Of a stretch of 64,000 nucleotides of DNA, positions 53,660-64,000 are shown piece after piece. The position numbers were made by a program, and so were the translations under genes. Under the pieces are notes generated by a model that was not told the DNA's origin, searched no databases, and saw nothing but the letters and a program-made list of their open reading frames with translations. Within the stretch, counting starts at the first letter, position 1. Every line of letters begins with the position of its first letter. This DNA is from Camelus dromedarius (lineage: Eukaryota), in the NCBI RefSeq assembly GCF_036321535.1, contig NC_087437.1, forward strand, positions 84,074,001 to 84,138,000, written 5' to 3'.

Positions 53660-54272
53660 ATATGATAGTAGAATTTCATACTAGTATAACTGAAAAAAAC
53701 AGCCTTGTTGAATTGGGTCAGCTTTTGTAGGGATCCTTTCATGTTCTGAACTTTATGCGGTATGCCAAAGCAAGCAATAGAGTGTGCTTCAATACATATC
53801 CAAACCAAATATTTTCTCAGCTAAAGGTTAACAGTTGCTTTAAAACATCATTAGATTTTAAATCCAAAGAGGAAAGTGGCATCTCCTGGTGGCATTTTCT
53901 AAACAAACACAAAAGAAGCAGGGCACTGGTTTCTTCTATCTTTAAATCTGATAGTCCAAAGGCATGCCCTTTTCCAAGAGTCCTTTATGACATCCTGAAT
54001 TTCTCTAAGCAATACAGCTGGACTTCTTCTAATGAGGTAAAATCCTTCCTTTGGCACTTGAGGGGTCAGGCTGCTCCCAGTTAAGATTTGTAAAGCCTTT
54101 AAAAAATGGGTCAGTCACTGTATTTTAGTAAAGATGCTTCCAGCAATTCCAAAGATAGCTGCGGAAGTGTGCATGCCCCTTGCTGGCATCTGATACCTAA
54201 CCTTAACATTTCTGAGGTCAATAAAGACAGGCTGAAGCAGGACCTGCAGTGGTTACTGGGCTTTAGTAACTC
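53660..54272 (-). pseudogene. Gene A candidate large fossil exon
   Basis: aatcctag acceptor. ~200 codons in one frame with few stops (...KMPPGDATFLFGFKI**CFKATVNL...). 3' end uncertain. Confidence 0.4.
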
Positions 54273-55996
54273 CTAGGATTAAGCACATAATTTTAGATAC
54301 GTCTTGCCAAATCGATAGGATTGTCTCAATATCACTGAATTTTATACTTTATCTCCATCCAGCTGCTCAGGGGTAGGATGCAACAGGGAGAAAGGGGTGT
54401 GGTGACCTCCCCTCAAAATAATGTTCGAGGATGAGTCATTTTAAGGCAATTTGTGACAAGATACTTATTAACATTACTTTAAAAGACATTAGAGGAGACC
54501 GTCTGAAAGCAAGGTTAGGAAAAATTCAGGAAGGCAAATTAGGTTAGCATCATTCTTTTTTCTTTTTTAATTAGGCTGATTCTCCAATTAGTCATATCCA
54601 ACTTCTCTTAATGCTTATGATGATAGAAACTGGCCATAGCTCTATATTAAAAAACAGAGTCCTTAATAAAATATTCAAATATCTTTTAAGATACTATATT
54701 TATTCTCTTTAATCATTCCTCCCTAAGTTTCCTCTTGGTGGTGATCAGGTTAACACTGAAATATTTATGAAAAACTGTCTTACCATGTGCCAACATAGAT
54801 GTCATTCAGTGTTGACACTGAATCTGAATTACATGGGGTCAATAAAGAAGTAAGGAGACAAACATGTGTACATATAATACATTTCAAGTGAATATGATAA
54901 ATTACAATCCTCAGTTTCCTTACTTCCACTTATATTGATTAGAATCATGGCAATTAATTAATTGGGGATGCTCCTTTTCTATGGCTATCCTGGTCAAGAT
55001 ATGTATATTTTTGGTATTTTGTTTTTTTGGTGGGAACTCAGTAAAGTAGCATAGCATAAATGTGGGGTTTATTAGAAAGCTACAAAAGCATTTCACAGAA
55101 ATAAAGCCAGGGTTTAGAGCTGAAACTGGGAACGTGTCAGCAATATAAGGAACTATGCTCCTGTCTCTGTTTCTGTCTCTCTCTCTTTCTGTCTCTCTGG
55201 CAGTGTAGGTAACTAAACGTATAACCTCCAGATCTCAGTGTCAAGAAAGCTCTGAGTTGGAGTGTTTACCAGGTTGGTGTTAAATACACCACCGTAGCAG
55301 ATTTCAAATTACCAGCTGAAGTCAACCCACCTGCAAAAATTCCCCCAAATTCAGCAAACAGTTCCTATTGAAATGGAATAAGCTGACATCATTACACTAT
55401 TATTCTTGGCAGAAATGTCTATTGATCCTTTTTCTCTACGTGTTCAATCTATCCTTCTGATTCTCGTTGGAGATTGCATTCTATACTGACTTACCATAAT
55501 GCACATGACTGAAAACATTTCTCCCTGTACCCTGTGGGTTAACATTTCAATGACTATGATTCTAATTTCAACTTTCATGGGGGTATTTTATTGGCTTAAC
55601 TTATACTACATGTGTTGCTAAGTTTAAGGGAAGGAGAGGTGTTGATGGCAATGAGCTTGAGCATTACATAGCCAAAACCTGAATGCTGCTTAAGCAGACT
55701 GAACTCTTTTATTGCAATACTATTATACATGGAGAAAAAAGAAGATGAGAAGTCAGGGTATCATATACATGGGTTATTAGCCATAGAGATATATTATATC
55801 AGCACATGTGAATTTTTAGATGCACTACTGAATTTTTAGAGAGAAGAATGTTTTCAATGCAAACCAAGTATTAGCACAACTAATGGTATCAGCTGCTTGT
55901 GCTAATATTTTTAGACTACCCAAAATACTGTGAATTTATACCTAATTTGTGATTTTCATTTGCTCTTAGAAAAATGATAAAATAGTAATCACATAC

Positions 55997-56108
55997 ATGA
56001 GCATTTTTTTTTATATCAAACTTGAAAGCAGCATAGGTTATAGTTATTTCTAAGTCTCCCAGCTTTTTACCATTGCTAGATGTCCAGCAGTGATATGTTA
56101 CATACAAG
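55997..56108 (-). pseudogene. Gene A candidate exon (open)
   Basis: tattag / gtatgt. LYVTYHCWTSSNGKKLGDLEITITYAAFKFDIKKNAH. Confidence 0.4.
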
Positions 56109-56273
56109 CTAATAATGAATCACTCAGTTTCCCTGATGACAGGAGAATTTTGTCAGCCTAAAGATACCTGTACTGTTTTCTTTCTGCCCACTGAAATACA
56201 TTTTGTTTTATAAAAGGATTAACCACTCAGTAGAAAATTGAAACACGTGAAATCAATAGATTTCCATGCTTAC

Positions 56274-56489
56274 CAAACCAATATGTTGTATAACAAGTAA
56301 TTCTGAAATCCATTAAAGCAATTCTGATTTTTTGAAAAATATGGGTAAATTCAATTGAAGGCTATCAGCATTTTGTTCTGACTATGTGTCAGAGGGATGA
56401 TATTGTTAAGTATGAGAGTCACACGATTTTCAAGCTGATTCCCTCATCAAGCACAAAACTTGATGCAACAGAGAAGTATTCAAGAATAG
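56274..56489 (-). pseudogene. Gene A fossil exon (DUF11-like)
   Basis: Long polypyrimidine tract plus ag / ttg|gtaagc. ILEYFSVASSFVLDE / GNQLENRVTLIL / NADSLQLNLPIF. Confidence 0.55.
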
Positions 56490-56949
56490 CTCAAAGGAAA
56501 GAGGAAGAAAGTGAAGTTCCTACTCAGTTTTTTTTAATGAAATATCATGACTCATGTAAATTTTATAATAACTCCTAGATTATAACCTAAGTCTAGTATT
56601 ATCAAATGTGCTATTTATCCCACTTGTTATTGAAGATACAACTGTAAGCAGGTTTAGTTCCTGGCACATAATATGTCCACATTAAATAAATAATTAATGA
56701 AGAAATAAAAAACAGTATCTATAAGCATCAAGTGGTTACTAATACACTAAAACTGTACAGAAAATATTTAATGTATCTGCAGGCCAGACCAATACACTTA
56801 AGCATCCCAGAGAGTTTGAAAAGCAGAGTATGCTGATGATTTGGTGTCCTTAAAAATCTCAACATATCTGTCCAGCATTATTTTAGAGCTGGAATAGATT
56901 ATTCTGTTTTAGGGAAACTAAAAAATGGAGCACTGTCTGCAATATTCAC

Positions 56950-57203
56950 CCTTTATCTTCTGCCTTGAATTGCAGCCCTATCCTAGGGTAATACTTTCAG
57001 TAGAAGTTGAATCTTGCTATTAACTGGATCCAACCTCTTGAGAAAGCATTTATAGACCCTTCTGTTGCTACAAGAATCTCTGCCTTTGAGCAAGGTCTCT
57101 ATGATACTGTCACAAGGCTGCCCAGCCAAGAGGACAAGTGGGAATGGAAAATCAGTTTGTATTTGGATTGCTGAAGCTGTCCAACATGTCCAACTGCATC
57201 CAT
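56950..57203 (-). pseudogene. Gene A fossil exon: C-terminal part of F5/8 type C (discoidin) domain
   Basis: ttcctgcctctag / gtgaat. WMQLDMLDSF / SAIQIQT ... KRLDP / LIARFNFY*KYYPRIGLQF, matching discoidin consensus WLQVDL..GIQTQG...LDPPI.AR....RI.LR.E. Confidence 0.7.
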
Positions 57204-57316
57204 CTAGAGGCAGGAATGTGAACCAAAGGGTCATGTGGGCTACAGGTGGCCCAGATCTTTAAGTCCACCTCTCCTTTCCCAAGAGACTTGTGAAAATAAT
57301 CCTTCCAACTACATAC

Positions 57317-57450
57317 AGGATTATCCCTAAGGAGAATTGTGTGAAGCACTCTTTATCTCCACATGTTCCTGGTGGCATTTTAGTGCTACTCTTAGATTAG
57401 CACCTTGGATAACTACTCAGCAGGCCACTACTTAAATCCAGCTCATGAAT
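57317..57450 (-). pseudogene. Gene A fossil exon: N-terminal part of discoidin domain
   Basis: ELDLSSGLLSSYPRC*SKSSTKMPP... / LRDNP|gtatgt, continuing into WMQLD across a 113-nt intron. Its 5' side abuts a hAT remnant. Confidence 0.55.
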
Positions 57451-57540
57451 GTGCATTTGTGAATTTTTTTCTGGAGAAAAGGTACATAGCTTTTTATTAT
57501 TCCCTAAGGTGTTAATATCTTAAAATAATTGGAAACTATT
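57450..57540 (+). mobile_element. hAT-Charlie-type MER end fragment
   Basis: tttttctggagaaaaggtacatagcttt...taattggaaactatt resembles a degenerate hAT MITE terminus. Confidence 0.45.
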
Positions 57541-58689
57541 TCTTTAGGGTATTGAAGGTTGAGTGATATCATCAGGACTCTCTCCACAGCGGTAAGAAGG
57601 AAATGGGTATATCTTTCATTTGAAATGGTTCATTATACTGAAAAGAATACGGGACTTTGGTATAACTTTCTTTTCTCTCAGTAGTTATGTGATCTTTGAA
57701 GGACATGATATTTATGAATACCTCTTATAATTAAAAAAATTCCAAACTAATAAGCATTTAAAAAGAGGTATTTATCATCTCAATTTAGATTAATTATACC
57801 TTTTACACATTAAATATTATTTAGAAGCCATTGTTTATTTTTATTTACACTATGAAATTATTTTGGGCCAGTACAATAAGATGTATTTACACTTACTTTT
57901 TGATACACCATGAAAGCTGAAAACTATTTGGTTTGTAAAACCACTAAATTATAAAATTATTATAATTTTTATATAATTTATAATTAAATTGTATATAATT
58001 AATAATTATATTCACATATCCCATCAGACTACAGAGATATGATGTTATGATCTAGAAAATAACATTCTTTTAAACACATTTGGATTTTTTAGGTCAGCTT
58101 AAGGCTAAGTTATAGTCACAAAACTCAAGACCTAGAAACTGTTTTTGAACATAAACATGGTGACAATCACACTCTTTAAGTAAACAATCATGGTTGTTAA
58201 CTGATATGTCACTTTTTAAATTCATTCCTTATGTTAGCAGTTGCTTGGCAGATTTTAATCAGTTTACCATCATTTTGTCTTTCTAAATTGTCTGGCAGTT
58301 ACTACATTTTATGCTTCTGTGCTTTCTTAATCATGAAAAGTTGAATGACTAAACAGTACAAGCAATGTCTACACAAAGTTTTATGAAACTTTTTTTTTAC
58401 AAAAACATAACATCTGCATACCAAGTTTTATAAAACTCACCTATATTCAGTTTCTAAGAATTACTGTTTCTAGGAAAACAAGAACTATATTACGACTTAT
58501 TTTTAAAAGATACAAATTGTAAACTAAAAACAAGATGTCTACTTCATCAGAGCATTAATTTTTATGAGATGCAAAAGAAGTATCTAAATTCATATTTTGA
58601 ATAATTTTTGAACCAAAAAGCAGTATCAGATATACTGACAAAAAAGAATTTTAAATCCAAACACATAAGAGATCTTACACAAATATCTA

Positions 58690-60494
58690 ACGACTCTAAT
58701 TTAGTTCAAGTTTTCTTACACAGACTAATTATATCCCAGTGTGACAAAGAGGCTTGCATGTGAGTTGATGATTTTATCAGTGACCTTTGGGAAATAGTGA
58801 GATTGCAACAATAGGGCTACAACAGTGAAAAGAGCAAATGGTTCTCAGCCTTCAAAAGGGAAAAAAGGATGCATTTATTACAATGCTGTATACTGATCCT
58901 GAGGGAAGTTATACACTATAAATGGAATGATTAAGAACTTCCTTCGAGAAAGAATGGCAAACAAGGAACCTACATGAGCTTGTCAAAAACCATTTGACAG
59001 ATTAACATGCTCCCCTCAAAAGTAGAGTTAATAACTAAAAAAATACAAAAATATAGGAAACAAAATATGTTCAACCTGGTTTTTCTCTTTTCACAAGTTC
59101 AGACATCTCTATTTACGCAGGCAAAACAAAAATATGTTCTTTTCTCCATTCATAATGATCACTCAGAATCCTCCTGTTTTTCATCTCCCTATTTTTTCCC
59201 CATTCCATTTCATTTATTTGCAGCTACTGGATTTTACTCTGGCTTTTAGCCCTGCTGTTGCAGCTGGTACATTGCTTCTGTAGCTTTGACTTTTGCTACC
59301 TCATACAGATTGTGGTCTGGGCTCAGTTTTTTATTGTGCCTACTCCTGGTCTTCTTGTAGACCCCGCCACCTATCACTAGCCCACTAGTTAACAGCCCTG
59401 ATGACCTGTGCCCAGAGGAATAAACAGGTAGAATCATTCTATGTATTTCACCCAGAATTTGCTAGTTTTCCCTCATGATAACTTGTAGGCAACATGCAGC
59501 TAAAGAAATGCACTGGATGCTGTAAATCAGGATGGACCAGACGTGGGTGCAAGAATGAGAGCGAGAGAGTAGTGGATCAGTGTATAGTTCCCTAGCAGCC
59601 TGGCTTGGGTTTACTCCACTCTTAGTTTCAAATTTGCAAAAGACAAATTTGGGAATCAAGCCAACATACTGGCTAACTGAATAAAGTTTCAAAAGATTGC
59701 TTATTAAGTTCAAGCCACAGGCAAATTCTAACATGAGGCATTATACCATTGATCATGTAAAAAAGAGAAAACAGTGTGCACATATGAGAGTGATATGAGA
59801 GCTAGCAGCTCTGACACAAAAATTACTTAAAATTTTCCTTGACAGTTTCTTGTGAGTAAACAGCATGAGACTGCCTAAAAGCTAATATAATCCTTGCATT
59901 ATTTAGTAATATCTAGAATATTTGAGGTGATAGTATTGACCTGCCAGTAATTGTTAAAAGTCATAAAAGGAAATGAAAATGTATTAAACTATTAGGGTAT
60001 TGTATGGGAATATTTTAGACACTTTTAAATTTAATTCTCACAACAGCTTCTATGAGATATTTGCTGTTAGCACCATTTTACATACGACAAAATAGGATGT
60101 TAGAGAAGTTAAGCAATCTTTCCAAGATCATAGATACTAAAGTTTGCAAATAGTACTTTAAGCCATGACTGTGTGATTCTAAAACGTTGGGTTTTACACT
60201 ATATAAATGGATCCAGGTATTCAAACTAAAATAAATGTGGTGAGGAAACTGGAAGGCACTTAACCCTCTAAAAACAGAAAAGGCAATAATGGGTTAAGAT
60301 TAGGCAAGAGAAGAATCACATTAGACAAAATCTTTATATTGAGATGCCTCAAACGACAGGGAATTACCAGTCTCTGGGAGGTTTAGCACAGGCTAAATGA
60401 GCATTTGTCAAATGTACTGCATACATTAGGACTTGACTGGACTAGATAGTTTTTAAGGTATTTTTCAACTGATAAAAATCTAGAGTATCTATGA
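58690..60494 (+). mobile_element. Ancient L3/CR1 LINE fragments, interrupted by a MIR at ~59990-60200
   Basis: CR1-like agagcaaatg..ccttcaaaagggaaaaaagga and aaagctaatataatccttgc, and 3' end ggactagat...aaggtatttttcaact...tctatga. Confidence 0.65.
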
Positions 60495-60697
60495 ATGACA
60501 AAGTTCCAGAACTGAGCCAGAAAACTTGAGTATGAGAAAAGAAGACAGATGATATTCCAGTGTATGTCTTAGTAATATGCATACTGAAGCTATATGGCAT
60601 TTCTAATCAGAAGTTGCCAGGTATCCTGAAATAGGTTCAAAAGAACCAGAAGACTTTGAAATAATCCTTTGTATATAAACTTGCTCTGGATCAGTAA
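60495..60697 (-). pseudogene. Gene A candidate fossil exon abutting the L3 3' end
   Basis: aattttaag acceptor. TDPEQVYIQRIISKSSGSFEPISGYLATSD*KCHIASVCILLRHTLEY..., one stop in ~67 codons. Confidence 0.4.
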
Positions 60698-63070
60698 CTT
60701 AAAATTAAATCTTAATCCAGTATAATTATTTGATGATTTTATTCAAATGAATGAATTTGGACTCTTAGCATCTTAATTATTTGATACAGCATTTGAAGAT
60801 CAAAATGAAGTTTAAAAATACATAATACTCTTTTCACTGGAAAATTTTAAATGGACATTCACTCTGTTCTAATATTATGCCAAACACTAAAGGAGATGAA
60901 CATAACATTAAATAATACATAGTTCTTGGTATGTGAAATAACTACCAAATGGAGGAAATTGATTTTTATGTCTTTTTTAAGACTAAAATAATTATGCTGT
61001 ACCATTTATGTAACACTTCATTTCTCCTTGTGCCCACATTAACTTCCAGTGTAAGACATCTTTGTGAGATTTACATGTGTAGTTGATTACAAAGGAATAT
61101 AGAAAGGCTGCAACCTTGATTTAAAGAGCATGGTCCTCTAATCTAAAATAAAATATTTTAAATTAGCTAGCATTTTTAAACTGGATGCATGCAATAATCT
61201 GCCTCCTAGTTTTTTCCCTTTCTCTCTATATGTTCTCACTAAGAAGAAAATCTTCTTAGATATGGAAGGAAATAAAGACGAAAAGTTCCAGTGCTGACTC
61301 ATTTCCTGCTTGTCTTTGGGCCCAAATGCAAAAACTCTTTATATAATTGATCATCTTTTGCAACTACACCATTTGGAACTGTGATTCTTTTTTTAGGGAA
61401 TTATGTAATAGGATGATGCTGTCCAAGAAAAAGTGCCTTTTATATGCAGTTATTTGATACATTTAGATAAAACAGAAGGGCAGTGCCTCTAAAATATAGT
61501 TAAGTCCAGCAATCTAAAAGGGCTTTCACTCAATAACAAAATGAGAAAATACTTAGGATACGATGTTAGATGAGTATAGTATACAATGATTGAAGCTACA
61601 TAAAGGGACATGTGCCCACAAAGTTGAGGACTCCTTTTTCTGTCTATTCTCGTTCTCTCTCTCTGTTTCATGCCACCCTCACCTCAGCACATCTCATTCA
61701 TTCCAGTGATGTGGGGTGCTGCATGCAGACCATGATGCTGAGCTACAAATGCACACCCCCAAATGCCTACAGACCAAACAGACCTGGCTGTGCCAAAGTC
61801 ACATGGAAGATGACACGATTTCAAAAGTGAATTAATATTACCTGTGATTCTCAGTTCCTTCTCCCCAGTACCTTATATTAATTACTCTATCACTCAGTCA
61901 TTCAAGCTAGAAACTCCTGTAATTCTCCACTTCTCCTCTCCTACATTTTCTTTATCTGCCTGGCAAGAACTATCTGCTAGTTTTCTTTTCCTTCATTCAT
62001 AGTTCAGCAGAGTCATCTATGGATTATTTAAACTGCCTCCCATTTTGGCTTCCACTAGTAATCTGTTCTATATATACAACCAAAACTTCCTTTCTGAAAT
62101 AAAGATATAAGTCACTTCCTTTCTCAAAAAGAAAAAAAAAAAAACACAAACAAAACAAAACAAAACAAAAAATCCTTTAAGCAACTATCCATTAAATACA
62201 AAGTCAGTTTATTTTAAAGCCCTTTAATAATTGACTTTTTGTTCTGTCACATTTTACCATCTATCACTTAGCCTGTTTTCCAACTATATCAAACGTATTT
62301 TTCATGCACACTGTGATGCAGATCAGAAATGAGGCTTATCTGTCAAGCATCAGCTCAATTATGACCTCCTTCAATCACTTTATTTTTCAATAAATCTTCC
62401 ATCAAGAATTAGTTCTGTTTTCAGTGCTCCAAATAGCATTGTTCACAGTACCAGAGAGCATTTATCCAATTGTATTAGATCAGCTTTTATATAAGTATCT
62501 TCCACCACACTTGTGAGGATTTTGAGAGGAAAAAAATGCATCTTCTTCATCTTTAAATCCCCTATGCACACAAAAGGAGCTCCAAAATGGTTTTTGAATG
62601 AATAAGTGGAATCATAGTTAAAAAAGATATTTTTTTCTTTCCACATGGTCTTAATCAATGAAGGAAATTATGATAAGCTCTAGAGTTATAAGAATATTAA
62701 ACATATCTTAAATGGGAAGATGTAGGAGGCTAATGATTTTCATTTATTTATATTTACTGAGAGAAGAGAAAATTTTCAAAGTAAATGATACCAATCATCA
62801 AAGTAAAATTCTGAAATTGTGCAATAATATATTATAATAATAATAAAAGAGCACTGATGGTGGTCTAAGCAGATACTCTTGTATGTGATAAGATTTTGTC
62901 GTATAACAATGAGAAGAGACATTTAAAATTAATCCAGTAGCTATAATGTATAACTCAGTTGAATTTGCTGGTGAAATTAGAAATCTTTAAAAATAAGAAA
63001 TAGCCCATACTGATTTATAAAATAGTCACTTGTCATTACTTAAAGATCTGTGTCAAAATTTTCAGATTAC

Positions 63071-63376
63071 TTTTCATATGAGCTAAATTTAATCATTATA
63101 AAAAGTGATTGGTGTGGCAAGCTCTCCTAAGTGTGGTTCAGGGTTACAAAATGTCTGGTTGTTCATCAAGGAACTCCTCTGTGGTAACATTGCTTTTGCT
63201 ACATCCAATTTTTACTTTTTTATTTGGAATGAATAGCACAGTAGCAGCAGATGTTACATTAGAGGTAGTATCACCTCCTCATGGTGATCAGGAACTGGCC
63301 ATATGTCCCAAGATACCCCAAGCAAAACAAGTAATATTTCTGCAGTATTCCAGAACAGAGAATGCTTAGACTGAAT
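63071..63376 (-). pseudogene. Gene A fossil exon
   Basis: tttcatttatag / gtaatc. SV*AFSVLEYCRNITCFAWG...GGDTTSNVTSAATVLFIPNKKVKIGCSKSNVTTEE. Confidence 0.5.
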
Positions 63377-63839
63377 CTATAAATGAAATATAAAGTGATT
63401 AAATCTCTCATCATATCTCCTATGACTCTAGATATGCATAAAATATTATTTGTTTTATTTTTCTTTGTAGGTGAACTATGAAGAAATAGTCTATGGGGCA
63501 TTTTTTCCACTAGATATTTTTGTAAAAAAAAATTTTACTATGCCTATGACAGTAAGAATACAATCGGAACAGACTCTACCTTTACAGTACTCAGACCCTG
63601 TAGTTATGAATCTAACTCATACACATTAGAAAAAATAACAATAAAATATAAAATACAATAAATGTCACAACAGAAATACAGATGAAATGCTATGGGGATT
63701 AAGGGAGGGCAGAGGATATAGGAAGAGGGAGTGGGGGAGACAGAGAAAGAATGAATATGAATGAATAAATGTGAGAGAGACACTGACAGGTATTACTTCT
63801 GGGTGGAAAAAAGGAAAAAGAGCTAGGGAAGATATTTTT

Positions 63840-64000
63840 TGTAGGTACTACACATGCCACCCAGATCCTCTTCCATGGAGGCCTTCATTGTATCAGCTGC
63901 AAGGAGTGTTGGCCGCTGATGGAACACAGCTGAGTACCTCGTTGGCCCTGGCCCTCCACCAAAGGGGATGCAGCCCACACAAGATATCTTGCTGATGAAG
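63840..64000 (+). mobile_element. ERVL-type LTR start (LTR16-like)
   Basis: tgtagg...gccacccagatcctcttc...cagctgcaaggagtgttggccgctgatgg. Confidence 0.5.

Larger units (their letters stand above)
15940..63376 (-). pseudogene. Decayed giant multi-exon gene ('gene A') with an F5/8 type C (discoidin) domain and DUF11/Ig-like repeats; 5' end probably beyond window
   Basis: About 25 spliceable minus-strand segments. Discoidin motifs WMQLD..AIQIQ and LIARF..PRIGLQF. Repeat motifs VSFHLLISLPE, GESRTFTFLL..FDLGLTDDL and KIQLDLG. Several neighbouring exons join in compatible phase. Confidence 0.65.

Noticed and set aside
53755..54084. 109-aa plus-strand ORF; also 63109-63369, 57065-57262, 519-713 and 40916-41155
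   Set aside because: No recognisable protein or splice context on the plus strand. They overlap minus-strand fossil exons and are best read as antisense shadows.
59246..59734. Two minus-strand ORFs upstream of the discoidin exons
   Set aside because: They lie within the L3/CR1 span and show no discoidin or repeat motifs.
1..64000. Intact protein-coding gene, CpG-island promoter, CRISPR array or prokaryotic system
   Set aside because: No long ORF or undisrupted exon chain. CpG is depleted throughout, there is no repeat-spacer array, and the repeat content is mammalian.

Overview
AT-rich, CpG-poor mammalian genomic DNA. A tRNA-derived SINE and the L1 3' ends look camelid (alpaca/camel/llama; my recognition, not a database result). 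I see no intact protein-coding gene, RNA gene or CRISPR array. The window is dense in old and young repeats (L1, L2, MIR, L3/CR1, MaLR, ERVL, ERV1 LTRs, hAT and TcMar MITEs). The main signal lies between the repeats: about 35 short minus-strand segments bounded by AG...GT splice signals, mostly broken by stops and frameshifts, which the ORF track largely misses. Read in order, they look like two fossil multi-exon genes lying head-to-tail. Gene A (~63.4 kb to ~15.9 kb, 5' end probably beyond the window) is a giant extracellular protein with a discoidin (F5/8 type C) domain and many DUF11/Ig-like beta-sandwich repeats. Gene B (~15.7 kb to <0.45 kb, 3' end beyond the window) is an intron-rich TMEM132-related gene with an apparently duplicated N-terminal subdomain followed by cohesin-like and BIG-like domains. 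All family assignments come from manual translation and remembered motifs and need tBLASTn/HMM confirmation.
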